Positions 7,188 through 14,129 of a stretch of DNA of 49,271 nucleotides are shown here, in pieces. Position 1 is the first letter of the stretch, and every line of letters starts with the position of its first letter. This stretch comes from Eubacteriales bacterium (GTDB lineage: Bacteria; Bacillota; Clostridia; Oscillospirales; JAAYXM01). A program made the translations under genes and the position numbers. The stretch lies in NCBI GenBank assembly GCA_045544695.1, contig JAZPZP010000029.1, positions 1 through 49,271 of the forward strand. The letters are read 5' to 3'. The notes under the pieces were generated by a model that worked only from the letters and a program-made list of their open reading frames with translations, made no database searches and was not told the DNA's origin.

Positions 7188-8147
7188 CTATTTTTCGTCG
7201 CCGTAAATACATTTGATTGCGTGAACGATATCTTTTCCATAATAGCCGTCGATCTTTGGCTTCTTGTCACCGCTTCTGAGTGTTGCGATAACATCCTGCA
7301 TCTGAGCGGTCATTTCCGGAATCGCATCGGAAAGATCTATTGTTTTAAACTCTTCACCCTTCTTTGCATATTCAACAACCTTAGCATCCCAAGGACGCAT
7401 TCTGATTTCGCCATTTGTAAGGTAAATTGCTTGCTCATATCTCACCTGAGTTGTGCAACCGATAAGGTTCATTGAGGCGCAAACACCGCTTTCGGTTTTA
7501 ACAAATGCCTGGATTGAATCCTCACAGTCGAGTCCCTCGTGCATATGCACTCCGCCGACCGCCTGAGCAATGTTTGAACCACTTAAGAATTTGAGCTTAT
7601 CCATAAAGTGCGCGCCGAGGTTAAAGCCTATACCGCCGCCTGACATTGCCTTGATTCCAAACCACTTCGGGCGTGTCGGAACAAAGTAATCGACATTTCT
7701 CGTTTCATAAAAGCCTATCATTTCACCGAGTTCACCTGAGTCAATAAGTTTCTTAGCGTAAATGAACATTGGCGAATAAGAGAGCGGATGGCCGACCCAA
7801 AGCATAACACCTGCCTTTTCGGCGGCATCAATCATAGCCTGGCAGTCATCAGAACTTATACCCATAGGTTTTTCCAAGAATATGTTAACACCCTGCTCTG
7901 CACAGAAGCAGGTAGCTTCTCGGTGAAGCGCATGGGGAAGGCTTATGAGAACGAGGTCAAGTTCTTCAGACTTAACCATTTCTTTATAATCTTTATAGCC
8001 TTTAGCACCGGTAGAATCGCAAGCTTCCTTGAGGTTTTCGTCCGATAAATCACAGGCGCAAGTGATTTTGACATCGTCAATTGTTTTAAGTCCGCGAATC
8101 TGACCTACACTAATTTTGCCACAACCGATAAGACCAACTTTAAACAT
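7188..8147 (-). CDS. Gfo/Idh/MocA family oxidoreductase, paralog B
   Basis: The Rossmann start MFKVGLIGCGKIS and the EKPMG motif are present. It is colinear with the 8243..9199 product from MF(K/R)(V/I)GLIGCG to the shared C-terminus IYGDEK. Start at ATG 8147 with SD AAGGAGT. Confidence 0.85.
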   Translation of the reverse strand: MFKVGLIGCGKISVGQIRGLKTIDDVKITCACDLSDENLKEACDSTGAKGYKDYKEMVKSEELDLVLISLPHALHREATCFCAEQGVNIFLEKPMGISSDDCQAMIDAAEKAGVMLWVGHPLSYSPMFIYAKKLIDSGELGEMIGFYETRNVDYFVPTRPKWFGIKAMSGGGIGFNLGAHFMDKLKFLSGSNIAQAVGGVHMHEGLDCEDSIQAFVKTESGVCASMNLIGCTTQVRYEQAIYLTNGEIRMRPWDAKVVEYAKKGEEFKTIDLSDAIPEMTAQMQDVIATLRSGDKKPKIDGYYGKDIVHAIKCIYGDEK

Positions 8148-8179
8148 AATAAAAACTCCTTTTTCCAATCTACCCGTAA

Positions 8180-8208
8180 ACTATAACACAGCGTTATTTT
8201 AATGTCAA
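8180..8208 (-). promoter_or_regulatory. Sigma-A promoter of paralog B (TTGACA-17-TGtTATAGT)
   Basis: On the minus strand, TTGACA is at 8203-8208 and TATAGT at 8180-8185, with a TG extension. Confidence 0.5.
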
Positions 8209-8212
8209 GAAA

Positions 8213-8240
8213 AAAGAGACGGTTTAAAACCGTCTCTTAA
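8213..8240 (-). terminator. Intrinsic terminator of paralog A
   Basis: agagacggtt/aaccgtctct hairpin (8215-8237), followed on the minus strand by T6 that abuts the next -35. Confidence 0.65.
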
Positions 8241-8242
8241 TA

Positions 8243-9199
8243 TTATTTTTCGTCGCCGTAAATGCGCTTGACTGCGTGGATTACATCCTTGCCGTAATAA
8301 CCGTCAACCTTCGGCTTCTTTTCGCCGCTTCTGAGTGCTGCGATAACGTCCTGAAGCTGGAGAGTCATACCTGCTATGTAGTCGATTTCCTTGCACTGCA
8401 TCGGTTCGCCATTCTTGCAATAATGAACGAACTCACCATTTTCGTAAACGATGCGGATTTCACCATTTGTCAAATAGAGAACAACTTCGTATCTGTGCGG
8501 AGTTTTCATGCCGATAAGATTCATTGTACCGGTAACACCGTTTTCCATTGTAACAAATGCCTGAACTGCGTCCTCGCAATCGAGACCTTCGTGGATATGT
8601 ATGCCACCTTTAATTTCTGCAATATTTGAACCTGAGAAATATTTGAACTTATCAAGGCAATGAGCGCCGAGGTTGATTGCAATTCCGCCGCCGGACATTG
8701 CTTTCTTACCGAACCATTTTGGTCTTCTTTCGTGGAAATACTCACCGTTTCTTGTTTCGTGCATGGAAATGAGTTCACCAAATTCACCGGAATCGATAAG
8801 CTGCTTTGCGAACATATTCGGCTGCATATATCTCTGAATGTGACCTACCCAGAACATAACGCCTGCTTTTTCGCAAGCATCAATCATAATCTGGCAGTCT
8901 TCAGAGCTTATGCCCATTGGCTTTTCTAAGAAAATATCAATGCCGAGCTCAGCGCAGAGGCAAGTAGCTTCTCTGTGGAGACCGTGCGGTAAGCTTATAA
9001 TAACAAGGTCGAGCTTTTCAGTTTTAACCATTTCCTTGTAATCGGAATAACCCTTAGCACCTGTTTTGTCAATTACTTCTTTGAGATTAGCTTCGGATAA
9101 ATCGCAAGCTGCAACTATCTGTGCGTCATCAATTGTGTCAATAGCGGCAACCTGACCGCGGCTGATTGCACCGCAACCGATAAGACCAATACGGAACAT
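8243..9199 (-). CDS. Gfo/Idh/MocA family oxidoreductase, paralog A
   Basis: MFRIGLIGCGAIS, EKPMG, and the same length and termini as paralog B. Start at ATG 9199 with SD AAGGAGTG. Confidence 0.85.
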   Translation of the reverse strand: MFRIGLIGCGAISRGQVAAIDTIDDAQIVAACDLSEANLKEVIDKTGAKGYSDYKEMVKTEKLDLVIISLPHGLHREATCLCAELGIDIFLEKPMGISSEDCQIMIDACEKAGVMFWVGHIQRYMQPNMFAKQLIDSGEFGELISMHETRNGEYFHERRPKWFGKKAMSGGGIAINLGAHCLDKFKYFSGSNIAEIKGGIHIHEGLDCEDAVQAFVTMENGVTGTMNLIGMKTPHRYEVVLYLTNGEIRIVYENGEFVHYCKNGEPMQCKEIDYIAGMTLQLQDVIAALRSGEKKPKVDGYYGKDVIHAVKRIYGDEK

Positions 9200-9231
9200 A
9201 ATAAACACTCCTTAAATTATTTACTTTTTTA

Positions 9232-9260
9232 ACTATATCACAGTAAAAAAATAGTGTCAA
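9232..9260 (-). promoter_or_regulatory. Sigma-A promoter of paralog A (TTGACA-17-TGaTATAGT)
   Basis: On the minus strand, TTGACA is at 9255-9260 and TATAGT at 9232-9237. The architecture is the same as at 8180..8208. Confidence 0.5.
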
Positions 9261-9267
9261 GACGGTA

Positions 9268-9296
9268 AAAACGGCAGGTTTTAAAAACCTGCCGAA
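9268..9296 (-). terminator. Intrinsic terminator downstream of the small ORF 9303..9470
   Basis: cggcaggttt/aaacctgccg hairpin (9272-9294) followed by T5 on the minus strand. The stem sequence is related to the hairpins at 7158 and 8215. Confidence 0.6.
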
Positions 9297-9302
9297 TTTG
9301 CA

Positions 9303-9489
9303 CTATTTTGTCTCCTTGCGGAGTCTTTCTTTCACTTCACTAACGGTCTCGCCTTCTCGGGTGAGATACTTTTCAACGAATTTATCCTCGATTTTGGTGT
9401 AGCCGTCAACAACGCATTTTTCAATTTTCTTATATTCCGAAACTACTCCATCAGAAATTTTTTCTATACTTTAATGGCCTTAACAGCAT
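9303..9489 (-). pseudogene. Small conserved-looking ORF (..ISDGVVSEYKKIEKCVVDGYTKIEDKFVEKYLTREGETVSEVKERLRKETK) that lacks an in-frame start; possibly frameshifted at an A6 tract
   Basis: The open frame 9303..9470 has no ATG/GTG/TTG after the in-frame TAA at 9471-9473. ATG 9489 is in another frame and stops at 9451-9453. Removing one A from the A6 run (plus-strand T6, 9458-9463) would fuse them into a 61-codon ORF. Confidence 0.35.
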
Positions 9490-9575
9490 TATTAAGATGT
9501 GGTTAAACGGCGACTGCAAGGAAACTCCAAAACAAATGGCGGAAATATTAAAAAGCGAATATCGCGGAAGACAAT

Positions 9576-9608
9576 AAAAAAGAACTGCAACTTTTGTTGC
9601 AGTTCTTT
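9576..9608 (-). terminator. Intrinsic terminator of tRNA-Gly
   Basis: agaactgcaac-tttt-gttgcagttct hairpin (9581-9606), followed by T6 on the minus strand. Confidence 0.7.
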
Positions 9609-9612
9609 TATT

Positions 9613-9687
9613 TGGAGCGGAAGACGAGATTCGAACTCGCGACGTTCACCTTGGCAAGGTGACGCTCTACCACTGAGCCACTCCCGC
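9613..9687 (-). tRNA. tRNA-Gly (anticodon GCC), CCA encoded
   Basis: The reverse complement is GCGGGAGTGGCTCAGTGGTAGAGCGTCACCTTGCCAAGGTGAACGTCGCGAGTTCGAATCTCGTCTTCCGCTCCA. It folds as a cloverleaf: 7-bp acceptor stem, GCTC/GAGC D stem, TCACC/GGTGA anticodon stem with loop TTGCCAA, and GCGAG/CTCGT T stem with TTCGAAT. Confidence 0.95.
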
Positions 9688-9702
9688 ATCGATTACTCTA
9701 AT

Positions 9703-9730
9703 ATTATAACACAAAAATTATGTTTGTCAA
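9703..9730 (-). promoter_or_regulatory. Sigma-A promoter of tRNA-Gly (TTGACA-16-TGtTATAAT)
   Basis: On the minus strand, TTGACA is at 9725-9730 and TATAAT at 9703-9708, about 15 nt upstream of the mature 5' end. Confidence 0.55.
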
Positions 9731-9759
9731 TAGGGTTTTGATAATATAAAAAATACAGA

Positions 9760-9777
9760 TTGTCTAAAATTTAACAA
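9760..9777. promoter_or_regulatory. Candidate Rex (redox repressor) operator upstream of the hydrogenase operon
   Basis: TTGTCTAAAATTTAACAA matches the clostridial Rex consensus TTGTTAAnnnnTTAACAA at 12 of 14 specified positions. Confidence 0.3.
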
Positions 9778-9815
9778 AAAAATGGATAAAAAATTAAGAA
9801 ATTTGTAAAAAAGTG

Positions 9816-9844
9816 CTGACAATTTCAAAATTAAGTAGTATAAT
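9816..9844 (+). promoter_or_regulatory. Putative sigma-A promoter of hydCBA (CTGACA-17-TATAAT)
   Basis: CTGACA at 9816-9821 and TATAAT at 9839-9844, about 65 nt upstream of ATG 9910. Confidence 0.45.
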
Positions 9845-9909
9845 GTATAAATGTGAAATAATGACTTTTAAGTTAGATAACAAAAAAGCCATGATTAGGA
9901 GGAAAAACG

Positions 9910-10413
9910 ATGTCAAACTGCAATTGCAATGCAAAGCTTCCGAACATCGGTACCCGCGAACAGGGCGAAGCTCTTCTTAAGGTTATCGATGAACATCGCG
10001 AGCAAAAAGGTGCTTTAATGCCGATTTTGCAGAAAGCACAGGAAATCTACGGTTATCTTCCGGAGAGAGTTTTAATTGCTATTTCCGAAGAACTTGATGT
10101 TTCCTTAAGTGAGGTTTACGGTGTTGTAACATTCTATTCTCAGTTCTCACTTACTCCGAAGGGTGAGCACAAGATCAGCGTATGTATGGGTACCGCATGC
10201 TATGTTAAGGGCTCAGGCGACATACTCGACAAGATTTGTGAAAAGGTTGGCTGTAAGCCGGGTGGATGCTCGGATGACGGCAAGTTCTCAGTTGATGCAG
10301 TTCGCTGCATCGGCGCTTGTGGTCTTGCTCCTGTCGTCACAATCGACGAAGAAGTCTTCGGCCGTATTACCGCTGACGATGTTGACGGTATTTTAGAAAA
10401 ATATATGAACTAA
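9910..10413 (+). CDS. hydC: [FeFe]-hydrogenase NuoE-like [2Fe-2S] subunit (HydC/HndA type)
   Basis: Thioredoxin-like 2Fe-2S pattern SVCMGTACYVKGS...RCIGACGLAPV. AGGAGG SD. First gene of a tightly spaced three-gene operon. Confidence 0.85.
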   Translation: MSNCNCNAKLPNIGTREQGEALLKVIDEHREQKGALMPILQKAQEIYGYLPERVLIAISEELDVSLSEVYGVVTFYSQFSLTPKGEHKISVCMGTACYVKGSGDILDKICEKVGCKPGGCSDDGKFSVDAVRCIGACGLAPVVTIDEEVFGRITADDVDGILEKYMN

Positions 10414-10444
10414 CCCTTCAATACTATAAGGAGGAAGAAAATAG

Positions 10445-12316
10445 ATGAAAACGCTTGATGAATTAAAAGTTATTCGTGAGCGAGTATATCCTGAGCTTAC
10501 CATCCGTGAGGGTGCTAAAGCTGAGGGTAAGGTTCGTGCTCACGTGCTTATCTGCGCAGGTACAGGCTGTACCTCATCCGGCAGTCAGAAGATTGCTGAC
10601 CGTCTTGAGGCTGAGCTTAAGAAGCACAATCTTGAGGAGGAAATCAGAGTTGTAAAGACCGGCTGCTTTGGTCTTTGCGCTCTCGGCCCGATTATGGTCG
10701 TTTATCCGGAGGGTGCGTTCTATTCACGCATTACCGAGGATGATGTCACTCGCATTGTTGAAGAACACTTCAACAATGGTAATGTTGTTAAGGAGCTTCT
10801 TTACGATGAGACCGTTGCAGGCGATCAGATTAAATCATTAAATGAAACTACATTCTATGGCAAGCAGCTCCGTATTGCGCTTCGTAACTGTGGTGTTATC
10901 AACCCTGAGAACATCGAAGAATACATAGCTCTTGGCGGTTACGCTGCTCTCGGCCGCGCTCTTTCTGAGTCTACTCCGGAGGAGACAATCGAGAAGATTA
11001 AAGCATCCAACATCCGCGGCCGCGGTGGTGCCGGATTCCCGACAGGTCTTAAGTGGCAGTTCGCTGCAGCTTCAAAGAATGACCAGAAGTATGTCTGCTG
11101 TAACGCTGACGAAGGTGACCCTGGTGCATTTATGGACCGTTCAATCCTTGAGGGTGACCCGCACAGCATTATCGAGGCTATGGAAATTGCAGGCTACTGT
11201 ATCGGCGCAAACCAGGGCTTTGTTTATGTTCGCGCTGAATATCCGATTGCCGTTCATCGTCTTGAGATTGCGCTCCAGCAGGCTCGTGAGTATGGAATGC
11301 TCGGTAAGAACATTTTCGGAACAGGCTTTGATTTTGATATCGAAATCCGCTTAGGTGCGGGCGCATTCGTCTGCGGTGAGGAAACTGCTCTTATGACTTC
11401 AATTGAAGGTCATCGCGGTGAGCCAAGACCGAGACCGCCGTTCCCGGCAGTTAAGGGCCTCTTCGATAAGCCGACTACATTAAATAACGTTGAAACTTTA
11501 GCTAATATTCCGTGGATTTTACTCCATGGCGTTGATAAATTCCTTGAAATCGGTACAGAGAAGTCAAAGGGTACAAAGGTATTCGCGCTCGGCGGTAAGG
11601 TTGTTAATACCGGTCTCGTTGAGGTTCCGATGGGTATTACTCTCCGCGAAATCGTCGAGGAAATCGGTGGCGGCTGCCCGAACGGTAAGAAGTTTAAAGC
11701 AGCTCAGACCGGCGGACCTTCCGGCGGTTGTATTCCGGCATCCCTTATCGATACAAAGATTGACTACGATTCACTCGCAGCAATCGGTTCAATGATGGGA
11801 TCCGGTGGTCTTATCGTTATGGACGAAGACAACTGTATGGTTGACATCGCTAAGTTCTTCCTCGAATTTACTGTTGATGAGTCTTGCGGTAAGTGCGCTC
11901 CGTGCCGTATCGGTACAAAGCGTATCTACGAGATCTTAGAGAAGATCACAAGCGGTCGCGGAACTCTCGAGGATATTGATTTACTTGAAGAGCTCTGTAA
12001 CCATGTTAAGTCATCATCTCTCTGTGCTCTCGGTCAGACAGCTCCGAACCCTGTTTTATCAACTCTTAAGTACTTCCGCGATGAGTATATCGCTCACGTT
12101 GTTGATAAGAAATGTCCGGCAGGTGTATGTAAGGCTCTTATGCAGTACAAGATTGTTGCTGACAAGTGCAAGGGTTGTACCGCTTGTAAGCGTGCTTGCC
12201 CGGTTGGTGCTATTTCCGGTGAAGTTAAGATGCCGCATGAAATCGATGCTACCAAGTGTATCAAGTGCGGTGCTTGTATGGAAAAATGTCGCTTCGGCGC
12301 AATTATTAAGGAATAA
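10445..12316 (+). CDS. hydB: [FeFe]-hydrogenase NuoF-like flavoprotein subunit (HydB/HndC type; NADH/FMN and Fe-S)
   Basis: N-terminal Trx-like 2Fe-2S domain (ICAGTGCTSSG..GCFGLC). GRGGAGFPTG and CNADEGDPGAF form the FMN/NADH site. ESCGKCAPCR is the N3-type cluster motif. Two C-terminal ferredoxin motifs are present: CKGCTACKRACP and CIKCGACMEKC. Confidence 0.9.
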   Translation: MKTLDELKVIRERVYPELTIREGAKAEGKVRAHVLICAGTGCTSSGSQKIADRLEAELKKHNLEEEIRVVKTGCFGLCALGPIMVVYPEGAFYSRITEDDVTRIVEEHFNNGNVVKELLYDETVAGDQIKSLNETTFYGKQLRIALRNCGVINPENIEEYIALGGYAALGRALSESTPEETIEKIKASNIRGRGGAGFPTGLKWQFAAASKNDQKYVCCNADEGDPGAFMDRSILEGDPHSIIEAMEIAGYCIGANQGFVYVRAEYPIAVHRLEIALQQAREYGMLGKNIFGTGFDFDIEIRLGAGAFVCGEETALMTSIEGHRGEPRPRPPFPAVKGLFDKPTTLNNVETLANIPWILLHGVDKFLEIGTEKSKGTKVFALGGKVVNTGLVEVPMGITLREIVEEIGGGCPNGKKFKAAQTGGPSGGCIPASLIDTKIDYDSLAAIGSMMGSGGLIVMDEDNCMVDIAKFFLEFTVDESCGKCAPCRIGTKRIYEILEKITSGRGTLEDIDLLEELCNHVKSSSLCALGQTAPNPVLSTLKYFRDEYIAHVVDKKCPAGVCKALMQYKIVADKCKGCTACKRACPVGAISGEVKMPHEIDATKCIKCGACMEKCRFGAIIKE

Positions 12317-12331
12317 GGGAGGGCTTAACTT

Positions 12332-14083
12332 ATGAATACTGTAACACTTAAAATTAACGGTGTGGAAGTTCAGGCACCTGAAGGCTCTACCATTTTAGAG
12401 GCTGCGCGTATTGCGGGCATCGAAATTCCTACACTTTGCTATTTAAAAGAAGTAAACGAGATCGGCGCTTGCCGTATCTGTGTTGTTGAGGTCAAGGGCG
12501 CAAGAAGCCTTGTTGCTTCCTGTGTATATCCGATAAACGAGGGTATGGAAGTATTTACAAATACTCCAAAGGTACTCCAGTCACGCCGTATGACTTTAGA
12601 GCTCATTTTATCAAATCATCGCATGCATTGCCTTACCTGTAAGCGCAACCAGAACTGCGAATTACAGAAGCTCGCTCGCGACTTCGGCATTGATGCAGTT
12701 CGTTACGGCGACAAGAATATGAAGCCGGACATTGAGGATAGTGCAGCTCACCTCGTTCGTGACAATTCAAAATGTATCCTTTGCCGCCGTTGCGTAAATA
12801 TGTGTGGTAAGATTCAGGCAGCAGGTGTTATCGGCCCGAGTGAGCGTGGTTTTGCAACTCATATCTGTTCACCGTTTGAAAAGCCGCTTAATAATGTTCC
12901 GTGCGTATCCTGCGGTCAGTGTATCGTTGTATGTCCGACCGGTGCTCTTACCGAGAAGGATGATACTCAGAAAGTTTGGGATGCTCTTAGCGATCCGTCA
13001 AAGCATGTTGTTATTGCTCCGGCTCCGTCAATCCGTGTAACACTCGGCGAGTGCTTCGGTATGCCGGTTGGCACAAATGTTGAAGGTAAGATGGTTGCTG
13101 CAATGCGCCGCTTAGGCTTTGATAAGGTATTCGATGTTGATACCGCAGCTGACCTTACAATTATGGAAGAGGGAACTGAGTTTATTGAGCGCCTTTCAGG
13201 TAAGGGTCCACTTCCGCTCATCACCTCTTGCTCACCGGGCTGGATTCGTTTCTGCGAGCAGTTCTTCCCGGATTTCATCCCGAACTTATCTTCTTGCAAG
13301 TCTCCGCAGCAGATGTACGGTGCTATGACAAAGACATACTATGCTGAAAAGGCAGGTATTGATCCGAAGGATATCGTAACAGTATCTGTTATGCCGTGTA
13401 CCGCTAAAAAGTTCGAGATTGGTCGTGAGGATCAGTCGGCAGCAGGCGTTCCGGATGTTGATATCGCGCTCACAACACGTGAGTTTGCTGATATGGTTAA
13501 GACTGCAGGTATTATGTTTGATAAATTACCGGATGAAGAGTTTGACCCGGCATTCGGTGTATCAACAGGTGCATCTGTTATCTTCGGTACAACAGGTGGC
13601 GTTATGGAGGCTGCTCTCCGTACCGTTGTTGAGAAGGTTTCTGGCAAGGAACTTGACAGTGTTGACTTTACTGCAGTTCGTGGTTTAGAGGGCATTAAGG
13701 AAGCTGAACTCGAGGTTGCAGGTAAGAAGGTTCGCGCTGCAATTGCATCAGGACTTGCTAATTGTAAGGCTCTTCTTAAGAAGATTCAGGCAGGTGAAGC
13801 TGAGTATGACTTCATCGAAATGATGGCTTGCCCGGGTGGTTGCATTAACGGTGGCGGTCAGCCGATTCACGACGGTGCAACACGCAGCTTTACCGATCTC
13901 CGCTCAATGCGCGCTAAGGCACTTTATGATCAGGATAAGGATATGCCGATGCGCAAGAGCCATGAAAATCCTGTTATCAAGACAATTTATGACGAGTACC
14001 TCGGTGCACCGGGTGCACACAAGGCACACGAAATTTTACACACTTCATATCAGGCTCGTGAAAAGTATCCTGTTGAAGACTAA
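12332..14083 (+). CDS. hydA: [FeFe]-hydrogenase catalytic subunit (M3-type, group A; part of a HydABC-type, probably electron-bifurcating, enzyme)
   Basis: N-terminal plant-type 2Fe-2S (CYLKEVNEIGACRICVV), a His-ligated cluster (HRMHCLTCKRNQNC), and CILCRRCVNMC plus CVSCGQCIVVCP. H-cluster motifs L2 MPCTAKKFE and L3 EMMACPGGCINGGGQP are canonical. L1 reads TSCSPGW (see findings). Confidence 0.9.
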   Translation: MNTVTLKINGVEVQAPEGSTILEAARIAGIEIPTLCYLKEVNEIGACRICVVEVKGARSLVASCVYPINEGMEVFTNTPKVLQSRRMTLELILSNHRMHCLTCKRNQNCELQKLARDFGIDAVRYGDKNMKPDIEDSAAHLVRDNSKCILCRRCVNMCGKIQAAGVIGPSERGFATHICSPFEKPLNNVPCVSCGQCIVVCPTGALTEKDDTQKVWDALSDPSKHVVIAPAPSIRVTLGECFGMPVGTNVEGKMVAAMRRLGFDKVFDVDTAADLTIMEEGTEFIERLSGKGPLPLITSCSPGWIRFCEQFFPDFIPNLSSCKSPQQMYGAMTKTYYAEKAGIDPKDIVTVSVMPCTAKKFEIGREDQSAAGVPDVDIALTTREFADMVKTAGIMFDKLPDEEFDPAFGVSTGASVIFGTTGGVMEAALRTVVEKVSGKELDSVDFTAVRGLEGIKEAELEVAGKKVRAAIASGLANCKALLKKIQAGEAEYDFIEMMACPGGCINGGGQPIHDGATRSFTDLRSMRAKALYDQDKDMPMRKSHENPVIKTIYDEYLGAPGAHKAHEILHTSYQAREKYPVED

Positions 14084-14092
14084 TGAATAATA

Positions 14093-14126
14093 AAAATCCC
14101 GTTGGATTATTCCAACGGGATTTTTG
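14093..14126. terminator. Bidirectional terminator between hydA and the histidine kinase gene
   Basis: aaatcccgttgga-ttatt-ccaacgggattt hairpin, flanked by A and T runs. Confidence 0.7.
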
Positions 14127-14129
14127 TTT

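Noticed and set aside
9492-9741. ORFs 9492..9689 (-) and 9499..9741 (+)
   Set aside because: Both overlap the tRNA-Gly gene with its promoter and terminator. They have no SD and implausible composition.
9853-9870. ATGTGAAATAATGACTTT just downstream of the hyd -10, considered as a Rex box
   Set aside because: Only the left half-site (TGTGAA) matches, and the right arm does not resemble TTCACA. The 9760..9777 site is the better candidate.
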